From positions 1 to 35,091 of the IMG/VR virus record IMGVR_UViG_3300037423_000781: a stretch of DNA of 35,091 nt; one strand, 5' to 3'. The notes under the pieces were generated by a model, which worked only from the letters and a program-made list of their open reading frames with translations, was not told the DNA's origin and ran no database searches. Source of the DNA: a virus. Its lineage: Duplodnaviria; Caudoviricetes. Below are positions 8,714 to 18,048 of the stretch, piece by piece. The translations under genes and the position numbers were made by a program. Numbering within the stretch: the stretch's first letter is position 1; each line of letters opens with the position of its first letter.

Positions 8714-9388
8714 TTACGCTCCCTTCTTGACGATACGCCCAAGCTCGGGATCGTAGACGAAATCGAAGTCTCGGCTGTACTGGGTTGCAGGTGCCGGACG
8801 CTGCGTCGGATCGGCAGGACCGGCTGCGGCCCCGTTGGGCAGAGCGTCCGGCGCGACGTTGTAGCTGTCGCGAATCCGCATTTCCTTGCCAAGCAGATAG
8901 TCGCGATCCTTCTGCTTTTCCTTCGCGTCTGCCTGCATCTGCTCGTAGGCCATCAGCCCCTTGCCAATGCCGCCGACCAGCCCTGCCCCTGTTTCACTGG
9001 TGAGGAAATCGCCTGCCTTGGACAGGAAGCTTGGCGCGATCGCGGCACCTCCGGCCGCTGCTCCCGCTCCGGCCGCGGCCCCTGACGCCATGCCGCCGCC
9101 GAGCGCCGAGGTCGCGCCTCCGACGAGTTGCGAGCCTGTCTCGACCAGGCCGCCCAGTCCCTTGCTGGTGACGTTCATGACGCCATTGAGCAGGTTGCCC
9201 AGAATGCCGCCGCTTCCGGTAAGGCTGCCGAGGAGAGAACTGCCCCCACCACCGAACAGGCTGGCGCCCGCCGATGCCGCCGTGCCGACAATGGCGCCGA
9301 CACCCGATACCGCGCTGCCGATGGCAGTCGAGACGCCGCTGACGACGCTCGAGAAGACCTTCCCGATAGAACTGACCACGCCGCTCAT
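8714..9388 (-). CDS. Gly/Ala-rich small ejection protein (P22 gp7/T7 gp14-like position)
   Basis: 224 aa with long Gly/Ser/Ala hydrophobic N-terminal region; follows the GNAT gene with ATGA overlap. Confidence 0.75.
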   Translation of the reverse strand: MSGVVSSIGKVFSSVVSGVSTAIGSAVSGVGAIVGTAASAGASLFGGGGSSLLGSLTGSGGILGNLLNGVMNVTSKGLGGLVETGSQLVGGATSALGGGMASGAAAGAGAAAGGAAIAPSFLSKAGDFLTSETGAGLVGGIGKGLMAYEQMQADAKEKQKDRDYLLGKEMRIRDSYNVAPDALPNGAAAGPADPTQRPAPATQYSRDFDFVYDPELGRIVKKGA

Positions 9389-9879
9389 GTTTGTGTCCTT
9401 TCAAATTCCATCCTGAAGATCGATCCATAGCGCTTCATGCCAAGCCTCTGAAGAAGCTTGCCTGCACGTTCTGGATCGCCGATTACCGCTGTCACGCCGC
9501 ATTTGATCTCGACGCAGAACGGCGAACGCTTCGCCCACTGGACCATGCCAAGAAGCAAACGTCCTGCATCGCTCGGCTGGGCGAACCCGTTGGTCGCGAA
9601 GATCACGTCGGTAGCCATTAGCTTATCGCCAATCGAATACACGCGCGCCATCGTGGCCACCATCAGGCCGCAAATCTGACCAGCGTGCTCTACCACTTCT
9701 GCCCAGCATGCGTTGTCTGTCTTATGTCCATGCCGATGGATGGCCATGAGGAGAAGTTTCTTGGTGTGGACGACATCGACGTTGACCAAGCCGCCGCCGT
9801 AGTGTGAGCACGCGTGGCACTCGATGAGGAAGTTCACGATCGCCGGGATATCGGTGGCTTTGGCTGGGCGTACAGTCAT
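9385..9879 (-). CDS. GNAT-fold protein of the ejection module (T7 gp13-like position)
   Basis: MTVRPAKATDIPAI start, AGRLLLGMVQWAK and LLQRLGM GNAT-like motifs. ATG 9879 overlaps the HNH stop (ATGA). Confidence 0.78.
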   Translation of the reverse strand: MTVRPAKATDIPAIVNFLIECHACSHYGGGLVNVDVVHTKKLLLMAIHRHGHKTDNACWAEVVEHAGQICGLMVATMARVYSIGDKLMATDVIFATNGFAQPSDAGRLLLGMVQWAKRSPFCVEIKCGVTAVIGDPERAGKLLQRLGMKRYGSIFRMEFERTQT

Positions 9880-10481
9880 GCCACCCATCCCCACGCCTGC
9901 CGTTTTTGGATTCTCGATATCTGGCTTTTTGTCACGTTGAACCGCACTGCAGTATGCTTCTGATGCTGAACACCGCGAAGCGCCCTGATCTCACGGATGT
10001 CGCTTTCAGTTAGCTTGGAATTCCATTGGGACGTTCCGCGAATGCGAGTACCGTGGATCAATTGGTCTGCCTTGTTGCCTGCTGATGTCTTCCACGACAG
10101 ATGACGCTTGGCGACGCAGCCTTGATGTCCGCGACCGCAGGAGTGGGCAGCCTCATGCTCAGATGTTGGCGCCAGTCCATGCAACTCCTCACAGACGAGA
10201 CGATGGACGTACCGATTGGCTCCGCTTTCATCATGAATGATGCCATAGCCAAGACCTGCCTTGCCGTACGGCCAGATCAGGCAGTCGATGCCGTCGTATG
10301 TAAGTACGACCTCGCGGTAGAACCGTTGGGCCTCGCCCGGCGCTGTTGAGCCGCATGACGGATCGCCATGCCGGCGCCACCGGCTGTAGTGCGCATTGCA
10401 CCAGCCATGCCCAAACACGGGCTTGCCGCAGCCTTCAACAGAGCATATACGTGCTGGCTTCAAGTATATCTCCGTCACCAA
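9876..10481 (-). CDS. Free-standing HNH (homing-type) endonuclease
   Basis: CSVEGC..GWCNAHY zinc motif, CLIWP, VHRLVCEELHG..AAHSCG..CV..HLSW.T..N, C-terminal HTH-like segment. More AT-rich codons than flanking genes. Confidence 0.9.
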   Translation of the reverse strand: MVTEIYLKPARICSVEGCGKPVFGHGWCNAHYSRWRRHGDPSCGSTAPGEAQRFYREVVLTYDGIDCLIWPYGKAGLGYGIIHDESGANRYVHRLVCEELHGLAPTSEHEAAHSCGRGHQGCVAKRHLSWKTSAGNKADQLIHGTRIRGTSQWNSKLTESDIREIRALRGVQHQKHTAVRFNVTKSQISRIQKRQAWGWVA

Positions 10482-11218
10482 TTCAAATCGATGTTGTACA
10501 TCTGCTCGACGAAGTTCAACTGCTTGTCCCGCATCGTCTTGGCAGCAGTCAGTTGCGCCGTTCGCTGTGTAGCGTCAAGATTAGGATTGGACATTACTGA
10601 CTGGTAGGCCGACTGATACATTGTTTCCATGTTCGTCAGGAACTGCGCGGCCGCGTTGCGGTCGGTGCTCTTCAAATTCCAGCTTGCCAACTTCTCCTGC
10701 GAAGCGCGGTCGAGCGCGCCCTGCCCTGTCCTGAAGCCGATGTCGGCCTGCTGCAGAGACTTCTGAGACGCGATGTCCTTCTGCTGAAGCAGTTGCGCCT
10801 GCGCCCGGTCGGCCGCAGCCTGGCCTTCTCTGCTCCTGATATCCCTGATCTGAGACTGCTCTGCCGCGGTAAGCGACTTCTGCTGCATCAATTGCTGCGA
10901 TGCGATGTCCTTTGCCTGCATGCCTTCGGTCGAGGCGCGCTGAAGCCCGGCTTCGTGGCCTTGGAACGCCTGGCTGGATTCCTGACTGGCGATCGGCACC
11001 GCCTGGCGCAGCACCGCGTCCTGCGCGGCGCCGGCATACATGGAGGAGTTGAGCATGCCGCGCGAGTTCATCACCTTGGCGGCTTCTGTCCTCGCCATCT
11101 GGTTGAGCGCCGAGTCCTGCGAGGCGATGTTCTTCACGCGGTTCTGGACGTCGTTTTCGCCATAGGTGGTAGGGGTTGCGGTAGGGGTCAGCGTCGGCGT
11201 TGCAAGAGGACTAGCCAT
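10475..11218 (-). CDS. Gln/Ala-rich internal virion (pilot-like) protein
   Basis: 247 aa helical, NSRGMLNSSM motif, repeated KDIASQ; first gene of the ejection module. Confidence 0.72.
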   Translation of the reverse strand: MASPLATPTLTPTATPTTYGENDVQNRVKNIASQDSALNQMARTEAAKVMNSRGMLNSSMYAGAAQDAVLRQAVPIASQESSQAFQGHEAGLQRASTEGMQAKDIASQQLMQQKSLTAAEQSQIRDIRSREGQAAADRAQAQLLQQKDIASQKSLQQADIGFRTGQGALDRASQEKLASWNLKSTDRNAAAQFLTNMETMYQSAYQSVMSNPNLDATQRTAQLTAAKTMRDKQLNFVEQMYNIDLNW

Positions 11219-11284
11219 GGAATGCCCTTTCGATGTCCGGCAGAAGATATTGCCAACCGCCGAAAAGTCCGTGCGCGCCGGGGA

Positions 11285-11320
11285 TTGTAGAAATTCCTCG
11301 CGCGCCTCATATTAGAGAAA
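11285..11320 (+). promoter_or_regulatory. Candidate sigma70 promoter for a leaderless moron transcript
   Basis: TTGTAG (11285-11290), 17-bp spacer, CATATT (11308-11313), with ATG starting 7 nt later and no good SD. Confidence 0.4.
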
Positions 11321-11658
11321 TGCTGCGCGCTCTTGCCCTGGTCTTCTTCTGTCTGGCGATGGTCGGCCCTTCATTCGCAGGGAAGATGGACCCGACATGG
11401 AACCCGCCGGCCAGGTTCGACCATCCCTATTCAGGGAAGCTGATCATCCACCGCTTGCCACAGCCGCAGATTGTCGATGTCTGCGAAAAGCTGCTCGGCA
11501 AGCGCTCAATGATCCAGCACGGCTGCTCGACAAAACCGCAAAATGGCCGATGCGAAATATGGATTGTCGACAAGACCTATATGCGCGCCACGCCACGAGC
11601 GGTTCTTCGCCATGAGGTCGGGCATTGCAACGGTTGGCCGTCTGACCATCCGGACTAA
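11320..11658 (+). CDS. Secreted minimal zincin-like metallopeptidase (moron, 112 aa)
   Basis: Signal peptide MLRALALVFFCLAMVGPSFA; VLRHEVGHCNGWPSDH zinc motif; stop overlaps the convergent stop at 11655-11658. Confidence 0.78.
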   Translation: MLRALALVFFCLAMVGPSFAGKMDPTWNPPARFDHPYSGKLIIHRLPQPQIVDVCEKLLGKRSMIQHGCSTKPQNGRCEIWIVDKTYMRATPRAVLRHEVGHCNGWPSDHPD

Positions 11659-12455
11659 GGCTGGGTGTGGCTACTTACTCCGAAAGCGCAGGCGGCCGAT
11701 CCCGTGGATGAGAAGCTGACCGCCAGCCCAGATTGTAGCGACAGACGGTTATCCCATCCCCAAGCGATTTGATACCCAGCGAGCGGGGACTGTTGCCCTC
11801 GCAGCGTGATGCCGGAATAGCCGATGGTGTTCGTATTATTTTTGACAGCACCGCTGATCAAGATGCCGTTCGTCGGCACATTAAGCGACGTGGAACCGCC
11901 AGTTGAACTGACGCCGGCCGAGCCAGAATCAGTGGACGTCAAATGGCAGTTCGCGATAGAGAGCACCGTGCATATGCATCTAGTCTGCGTAGCCGTGTTG
12001 AACGAAATCGTCCCCGATGTTCCGCTGGGTTGCGCCCGCATTGACGCGCTGCCTGTGAAAACGGTTGATCCGCTCCCTCCTTGAAACCATACCATGCCGC
12101 CCGGACCGGCATCCGCCTGCCCACCGATAGTTCCCCCCGAAAGAGACCATCCCGAAGTATCAGCCGATGCTTTGGTCAAAGCGGCGACAACGACAAAAAT
12201 CACCCGACCGGTAAAATCCGTGCCGAAGTTCACTCCTGCAAAAGAGTGAGAGGTCCCCAGGGCGCTCAATGCGGTGACGTCGACCTGCTTGATTGATTGC
12301 TTGTTCGCGAAGCTGGTCGGAAACACGATGTTGCTGGCAGTAGTCAAATCAGCCAGCCACCAGGGCTTTGGATCGGATTTCTGGAAGGTGTAAGGCAAAC
12401 TCAGTCCGAGTTCGGCCACAACATCCGCAGGCTGTGGTGAAGCGCCGAGCGTCAT
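11655..12455 (-). CDS. Putative receptor-binding/fibre tip protein
   Basis: 266 aa, Ser/Gly/Thr beta-rich, more AT-rich codons, ATGA-coupled to the fibre gene. Confidence 0.6.
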   Translation of the reverse strand: MTLGASPQPADVVAELGLSLPYTFQKSDPKPWWLADLTTASNIVFPTSFANKQSIKQVDVTALSALGTSHSFAGVNFGTDFTGRVIFVVVAALTKASADTSGWSLSGGTIGGQADAGPGGMVWFQGGSGSTVFTGSASMRAQPSGTSGTISFNTATQTRCICTVLSIANCHLTSTDSGSAGVSSTGGSTSLNVPTNGILISGAVKNNTNTIGYSGITLRGQQSPLAGYQIAWGWDNRLSLQSGLAVSFSSTGSAACAFGVSSHTQP

Positions 12456-13366
12456 CCTGTCACCGTCAGCGTGCCGTTGATGGTCGTATTGCCGTTGATC
12501 GACGTGGCACCGGATGATGCCACCAGGAGCTGGCCGGAGGTTGAACCCACTCCATTCGGTCGCAAGTATACGCCGCCGGAAGATCCATTGTTTGCGAGGA
12601 ACGCATTGACCCCTGAACTCAGGAAGCTGGAGCTCGATGTGACGGAACCGGAAAACGTGCCGGTTGTTCCGGAAACGGCGGCAGAAAAGGTGCCGGCGGC
12701 AGCGGAAAAGTCGCCGCTCGCGGCCAGTGTGCCGGTGATGGTCGTATTGCCAGTGAGCGCAATACCGCCCGAGCCGTTGTTCACTATTTGCAGAGACCCA
12801 TTGGCTCCGCCGTTTCGAATAATCCTGGCGTCATAATCGGTGCCGGTCTGGCCGTGGAGATCGATAACAGCAGCACCGTTGGCCGTGCGGCTCTGGCCAA
12901 TTTCGATCGACGCCGTGCCGGTACTGGTGTCACCGCCGCCGATATAGATCGCTGGATTTGCGCCCGTGCTGCGAAGAATCCCCCCCAGCGTTAGATTGTT
13001 GCTATCGTCGACGATGATGCCAGAGTTCTGGATCACCCCGCCGCCGGTTCCATTGAAGCGGGCGATCGCATTGTCGGTCGACGAGGCCGGGCCTGTCACG
13101 GCGCCGGTGATGCCTGATGCCGTCAGCGTGCCAGATACGGTCAGGTTGCCGCTGATCGTCCCATTGCCGGCGATCGACAGGTTTCCCGCCCCGGTGATGG
13201 TGCCGTCCTTGCCGACCTTGAACTTGTCGCTGCCGCCGACCTGAAACTGCAGCAGCAAGGACGCAGCCGCCGAGGCCGTGTCGGTGACGTTCATCTTGAC
13301 CGCAGAGAACGTCGTGCCACCCGAGTTCCAGATGACGGTCATGTTGTTGATGTTTTGGTCGGCCAT
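12452..13366 (-). CDS. Tail fibre/needle-like protein
   Basis: 304 aa; GNLTVSGTL-type beta repeats, GPASSTDNAIARFNGT and DYDARI segments typical of phage fibres. Confidence 0.75.
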   Translation of the reverse strand: MADQNINNMTVIWNSGGTTFSAVKMNVTDTASAAASLLLQFQVGGSDKFKVGKDGTITGAGNLSIAGNGTISGNLTVSGTLTASGITGAVTGPASSTDNAIARFNGTGGGVIQNSGIIVDDSNNLTLGGILRSTGANPAIYIGGGDTSTGTASIEIGQSRTANGAAVIDLHGQTGTDYDARIIRNGGANGSLQIVNNGSGGIALTGNTTITGTLAASGDFSAAAGTFSAAVSGTTGTFSGSVTSSSSFLSSGVNAFLANNGSSGGVYLRPNGVGSTSGQLLVASSGATSINGNTTINGTLTVTG

Positions 13367-13395
13367 CGGGTGGTGCCCCTTTTAGTGCGCCTGCG

Positions 13396-13557
13396 TCAGT
13401 CTTCGCTGGTTTCGGCCGGCGGCGCTTCCAGTTCGGCGATGCGCTTGCGCGTCTGCTCAAGCTCGGCCATTGCCTGCCCGAGCTCGTCGGTCAGGGTCTT
13501 GACCTGAAGGCTGAGAACGCGCTGCGTGATGAGATCGAGTTGATTTATTCCGTCCAT
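13396..13557 (-). CDS. Small coiled-coil protein (53 aa)
   Basis: GAGGAG RBS before ATG 13557; MDGINQLDL..ELEQTRKRIAELE. Confidence 0.65.
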   Translation of the reverse strand: MDGINQLDLITQRVLSLQVKTLTDELGQAMAELEQTRKRIAELEAPPAETSED

Positions 13558-13628
13558 GGCTGCTGGCTCCTCGTATTGCCTGGCATTTCTTATCACGCGG
13601 CGCCTGTCGATTTTGTTGGCTGGGCCGA

Positions 13629-13874
13629 TTACGCGCCGGCTGGATGGGCCGCCTTGTAGGCGGCGACGGTCGCCGCATCCCAAACGACGTTGGCGATCCT
13701 GCGAACCTTTGCCGGAAGGGTGGCCGGGTCCATGTCGGGTGTGAAGACGGATCGATTGTACTTCCGCGCAACTTCGTCCGTACCGTCCAGAATCACGCGG
13801 TCCATTCGGACCTGGATCACGCCATCCGCATTGATGCTTATCGAGCCGAAGTCGGTTCTTTCGGTGAGCGCCAT
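13629..13874 (-). CDS. Small fibre-associated protein (81 aa)
   Basis: AAGGGG RBS; follows the DDYEEGT fibre gene; good codon bias. Confidence 0.7.
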   Translation of the reverse strand: MALTERTDFGSISINADGVIQVRMDRVILDGTDEVARKYNRSVFTPDMDPATLPAKVRRIANVVWDAATVAAYKAAHPAGA

Positions 13875-13886
13875 AAGTGTCCCCTT

Positions 13887-14585
13887 TTAGACATGGTAGG
13901 CAAAGCTACCGCCAAGGCGGGATGTGCTCGTAAAGGAAGTGTCGGAGATCTGAGAAACACCCGTCGCGGCAGTCTGGCCAACTTGCATTGTTGTGGCGGC
14001 ATTGGGGATGAGTCCCTGCAAAGCGCCGGTTAAGCCCGTCATGGACTGAAACCAGATCACGTTAGCGGCATAATGGCTGGCGGTTATAGCTGACGTAAAG
14101 GGAATGGATATCAGAGCCGTGCCGGTCGATGACCCTTTCGCCGAAAGCAAAATCTCAAAACCACCAACAACAAGATTGCCTGTCTTGGTATACCATCCCC
14201 CATTCCTTGTGTAAGTTATCCCTGTCGAACCACCGCCGAATGTCAGCAAGGGGGTAAAAGTCCCCTCCTCGTAATCATCCAGATCATTGGCGCCGGCAGA
14301 CGGAACCTGCGTTGCCGGGAAGGACAATGCGCCGCCGGCAAGCGAGGGAATGCCCGAGAAGATCGGAATGCCGGTGATCGTGGGCGCGCCGGCAAACACC
14401 GCCGCTCCGGTGCCGGTCTCATCGGTCAGCAGCGCCCGCAGATTCGCCGAGGATGGCGCTGCCGCAAAGGCATCGAGGCCCGCCGCGCGGTTGACCGCCG
14501 CCCAGGATGTCAAGTGCGCATCGAGCGGCTGGCGCTGCTTCAAATCAGCGACGACCTTCAGCAGCTCGGCGCGCCAGAAGGCCAT
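13887..14585 (-). CDS. Short tail fibre-like protein
   Basis: LTDETGTGAAVFA and LDDYEEGTFTP..YTKTGNLV motifs common in phage fibre C-terminal domains. Confidence 0.75.
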   Translation of the reverse strand: MAFWRAELLKVVADLKQRQPLDAHLTSWAAVNRAAGLDAFAAAPSSANLRALLTDETGTGAAVFAGAPTITGIPIFSGIPSLAGGALSFPATQVPSAGANDLDDYEEGTFTPLLTFGGGSTGITYTRNGGWYTKTGNLVVGGFEILLSAKGSSTGTALISIPFTSAITASHYAANVIWFQSMTGLTGALQGLIPNAATTMQVGQTAATGVSQISDTSFTSTSRLGGSFAYHV

Positions 14586-16457
14586 CTATCGCACCAGGCC
14601 GCGCGGGCTGAAGTTGAGTGTCGAGGATGGGAAGGTGTGTCGTGCCTTGTCGGTGGCAGACGTCACGAGCGTCACCGCGACATTGCGGCCGAAGCCGTAG
14701 AGATAGTGGGTGAGTTCGCCCTGCACGGGCACCGTCCAGTCGACCGCGCCGTAGACCTCCGTGGTTATGATTGGAGACCCTGCAGAGGCCACCTCATTGC
14801 CCTGCGCGCCGCCAAGGTTGCGTCCATAATCGACGTCGAACTTGACGCCAATGGCAATGGTGTCGTCGCACAGCACGTCCGCAGTGAACTTGTGGAAGGT
14901 CTTGTTCTGCGTGCCCGATTTCAGGTTGTTGAAGGCGAGCCTCAGGTAGGTGGAGATCGCCGCACCATCGAAGGACGTGCCCTTGTCGAGCTCGTAGACA
15001 TAGCCGTCCGTGCCGCCGGCAAACAGGCGGTCTCCCAGACCAGGATTCGTTTCGCCGACACATGAGGAGAAGAACGTGACCGGCAGTTTGAAGGGCAATG
15101 TCTCGGGATACTTTCGCCCTACATAGACCACGACGCCGGAACCATCGTTCCAGTACATCCGATATTGATCCTTGGCCGTGACCACCAGCGAGGCGTTCGG
15201 CACGACCATCGCCATCCGCTTCTCCCTAAAGAGAGGCTCCAGCAGTTGCGTGACGGTCCCAGACCGGAAGTCGCCATAGGCTGCGCTGGATGTCAGGCGC
15301 CGCAAGCCGCCATCGTCCAGATAGATCGGGCTTTCGCCGAAGACCTGCGGCGATCGCAGCACCGCGCCGGCGGAAATCGTAATGGACAGTTTTTGGAAAT
15401 CATCGACGCTGTTGCCGGCAACATATTCGATGAGACCGCGGCCAAACACCACGAGCGCCGTGGCGGCGATAAGCAGGCCGGTCAGTTCATCGCCGACGGC
15501 GAATGTGCCGGCGCCGGCGGCCGTGCGGTAATCGAGTGGCAGACCGGGGCCTGAGAAGACGATTGCCCCAACTGAATAGCCTAGGAACAGGTGATTGCGG
15601 TATTCCTCGATATAGGCCGGGTTGTCGATATCGTCGCTGCCCATGATGATGCGGTCACCAGCGGCGGTCAGCACCCTGTCCGGCGGTCCGCCGGCGGTCA
15701 GCAGATAGGAGAACGTCGTGCCCGTGCTGGTGCCACTCTTGATCGGCGCAAGGGTCGTGCCGTCCCATTCGAAGGCTGAGCTCACCCCGTTCGCAAAATA
15801 AAGCCGCAGCGACTTGGCCGCGCCGTAGAAATTGTGGGTGACGAACTCATAGGTGCCGCCAGGCGGAAGCGTGATCGCCGCCTGCGCGCCGGACGCCTTT
15901 GCGCTGCCCGGTGTCGACGTGATGGTCTCGGCGGCCGAGAAAGTTCCGGTAACGCCGCTGAGTACGAGGAACCCAGCGGCGCTACCGTCCCAGGCGCCTG
16001 ACTGCACGACGACCCTTTTGATCGTCGCCGTGGCACCCGAAGTCCCGCCCGTCACCACCGTGTCTTCCGTGAACGCGGCGGTGCCGAGCGTAAATGCAAG
16101 GGTCGAGCCAAATGTCTGCTGCACCCAGCCGGCGTCCGTCGACTTGAACATGGCGCCGGTGCCATCGTTCTGGTCGCGGAAGGCCCAGACCACGCTGTTG
16201 TAGACCGTGACACCCCTGACCGGGCCAGTGCCCGGCACGGCTGCGATGGCCGCGCGTCGCGCATCGATGTCGTCTTGGGTTACGCCGTCGGACGGGGATG
16301 GCTTGCCGCTGTAGCGCTCATAGCCGGCCGTCGAGGTATAGCCGTTGGTGTCAGGCTCATAGTTGAGCGCGGAAATCACACGGCCGGGCGGCATGGAGAC
16401 CTGCGGCGTCACCAGGTCCAGGCCGCCCTGCATGAGGATGGTCTGCGTGGTCTGCAT
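14586..16457 (-). CDS. Tail nozzle/stabilisation protein (P22 gp10/T7 gp12-like, 623 aa)
   Basis: ATG 16457 (MQTTQTILMQGGLDL, TGATG coupling); beta-propeller-like composition; follows the adaptor. Confidence 0.78.
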   Translation of the reverse strand: MQTTQTILMQGGLDLVTPQVSMPPGRVISALNYEPDTNGYTSTAGYERYSGKPSPSDGVTQDDIDARRAAIAAVPGTGPVRGVTVYNSVVWAFRDQNDGTGAMFKSTDAGWVQQTFGSTLAFTLGTAAFTEDTVVTGGTSGATATIKRVVVQSGAWDGSAAGFLVLSGVTGTFSAAETITSTPGSAKASGAQAAITLPPGGTYEFVTHNFYGAAKSLRLYFANGVSSAFEWDGTTLAPIKSGTSTGTTFSYLLTAGGPPDRVLTAAGDRIIMGSDDIDNPAYIEEYRNHLFLGYSVGAIVFSGPGLPLDYRTAAGAGTFAVGDELTGLLIAATALVVFGRGLIEYVAGNSVDDFQKLSITISAGAVLRSPQVFGESPIYLDDGGLRRLTSSAAYGDFRSGTVTQLLEPLFREKRMAMVVPNASLVVTAKDQYRMYWNDGSGVVVYVGRKYPETLPFKLPVTFFSSCVGETNPGLGDRLFAGGTDGYVYELDKGTSFDGAAISTYLRLAFNNLKSGTQNKTFHKFTADVLCDDTIAIGVKFDVDYGRNLGGAQGNEVASAGSPIITTEVYGAVDWTVPVQGELTHYLYGFGRNVAVTLVTSATDKARHTFPSSTLNFSPRGLVR

Positions 16458-17176
16458 CAGGCAAGTGGCCCCGCGAAGGTGATTGGTGGAAGCTGCCGCG
16501 CCTCGAGCCGGCAGAAGTCGAGGTTCTCCCGCAGTTTCCACAAGGGCAGCAACTGCAGGCCCTCGTCGTGCAATTGCAGGAAGGAGGTGGCGACGGACGA
16601 AATCACATCGTGGAAGTCGGCCGGCATCTCGGGGACGTCGCCGTCGGCTGCCAGCGTCTGCACGCTCTTGCGATACGGGCCGACCACGACGTAGTTGGCG
16701 CTGTCGGGCACCGGCGACAGGCACAGATTGTTGGCAGGGTCGATCGAGAACATGGTCGGCTTGCCGCTGGCGGCGCTGGTGTTGACGCGCACCGGGTAGA
16801 ACTTCTCCCACGGCACGAACCGCAGCGGGCCGATGTCGGCGAGACCGATGGTGGAATCGTAGAGGCGGAACCGGTCCTCGCGCAGGCCGGAGTTGATCCA
16901 TTCGGCAAAACGGGTGATCGGCGCCGGCGGTACGACCAGGGTGTCGTTGGCGCTGGTCCCGGCATAGCGCTGGGTATCGATCACGGTCGAGAGAGAAAAC
17001 TCCGACTGCATCCAGCGCCACGCGACATGCGCATTCTGGATCGAGCGCCAGGCCATGTTGGTCCAGCGCACGACCTTTGCCTGACGCCCGGTCGCGGCGG
17101 CAACGGTAGAGATCGCGTCCTCGCCGAACGTAGCGCTATCGGACGCGACCTGGTTGCAAAGCGTCAGGAAGTCCAC
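16457..17176 (-). CDS. Head-tail adaptor protein
   Basis: MDFLTLCNQV..W..I...WRWM N-terminus, GKP..F, LSPVPD, PEMPADFHDVI; typical podoviral adaptor pattern and position. Confidence 0.78.
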   Translation of the reverse strand: MDFLTLCNQVASDSATFGEDAISTVAAATGRQAKVVRWTNMAWRSIQNAHVAWRWMQSEFSLSTVIDTQRYAGTSANDTLVVPPAPITRFAEWINSGLREDRFRLYDSTIGLADIGPLRFVPWEKFYPVRVNTSAASGKPTMFSIDPANNLCLSPVPDSANYVVVGPYRKSVQTLAADGDVPEMPADFHDVISSVATSFLQLHDEGLQLLPLWKLRENLDFCRLEARQLPPITFAGPLA

Positions 17177-17178
17177 TG

Positions 17179-17661
17179 TCAGGCGGCCTTCTCGACGATC
17201 GGCTCCGGATCCTCATGGACGATCGAGAATGGATACTCATGCGCCTCCGAAGGATTCGGCAGCAGCGACCCGTTCTCGTCGGTCGCGTACAGCAGCTTCT
17301 TGGCGTTGTCGAGCGCGTGCATGTATTCCCAGGGGATGGTCTGCGGCGTCTGCCGCGGGATGAAGAGTTGCCGCCCGTTGACGGCCACGGGAACCGGCTC
17401 GGTGCCGCCGGCCTTTTCCTGGTTGGGGATCATGATCGTCGCCATGCGGCGCCTGCTTTCGCCCGCAGGCGGGTCAATGCGCTGGATCGGCGCCTCTTCA
17501 TCCGCGACCTCGATGAAGTCCTTGTCGTACATCACGGCGCGCATCTTCTCTTCGATCTTGGCCTTGCCCAGTCGGTAGTCGACGCCTTCGATGCCGAGCG
17601 ATGTTTCGGCGAAATCGGCGAGCTGCTTTGCCGACGCGTCGGCGATTGCGATCTTCTGCAT
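17179..17661 (-). CDS. Conserved phage head-module hypothetical protein
   Basis: 160 aa, VPVAVNG..IPR..IP motif, GAGGA RBS. Confidence 0.7.
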   Translation of the reverse strand: MQKIAIADASAKQLADFAETSLGIEGVDYRLGKAKIEEKMRAVMYDKDFIEVADEEAPIQRIDPPAGESRRRMATIMIPNQEKAGGTEPVPVAVNGRQLFIPRQTPQTIPWEYMHALDNAKKLLYATDENGSLLPNPSEAHEYPFSIVHEDPEPIVEKAA

Positions 17662-17691
17662 GATAGTGGTTCCTCGTTGATGTCAGTGCGA

Positions 17692-17985
17692 TCAGGCCAG
17701 GGCGACCTTGGACCGCTTCAGGAAGGCGAGCTCGGCCGCGGAGACCTTGACCGGCTTGCCCTTGGGCAGGCGGCGCATGGCGCCATCGCCAAAGACGGGG
17801 AGTGTGCCTTCGCCCTTGATGGTGACGGTGTTCGGGTCGCGTGCCGGCTTCGCAGCCGTTGCGGCCTTGGCAGGCGCTTCCGGCTTTGCGGCCGGCTTCT
17901 TCTTGGCTGCCGCCAGCGCTGCCTTCTGCTTGCCCTTGGCGGGATTGCTCGTGCCGCCGACACTCTTGAAGGTGGTGGTGGTCAT
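17692..17985 (-). CDS. Lys/Ala-rich small protein
   Basis: 97 aa; GAGG RBS; basic low-complexity N-terminal half. Confidence 0.7.
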   Translation of the reverse strand: MTTTTFKSVGGTSNPAKGKQKAALAAAKKKPAAKPEAPAKAATAAKPARDPNTVTIKGEGTLPVFGDGAMRRLPKGKPVKVSAAELAFLKRSKVALA

Positions 17986-18007
17986 CGTCAGACCCTCGTC
18001 GTTGTTG

Positions 18008-18042
18008 AAAAGGAAAGAGCGGGGCGATTGCTCGTCCCGCCC
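18008..18042 (-). terminator. Rho-independent terminator after the capsid/decoration genes
   Basis: Minus strand GGGCGGGACGA-GCAA-TCGCCCCGCTC-TTTCCTTTT just after the stop at 18049. Confidence 0.7.
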
Positions 18043-18048
18043 GAAAGA

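Noticed and set aside
8163-8756. Leu/Pro-rich plus-strand ORF
   Set aside because: It is the reverse complement of the Gly/Ser/Asn repeats.
11236-11275. Sigma54-like TGGCA..TGC and a CACG..TG(G/C)CA motif shared with the gaps near 6500 and 25420
   Set aside because: GG-to-GC spacing is 11 rather than 10, and motif spacing differs between sites.
11655-14585. Diversity-generating retroelement acting on the fibre genes
   Set aside because: No reverse transcriptase and no TR/VR repeat pair seen in the window.
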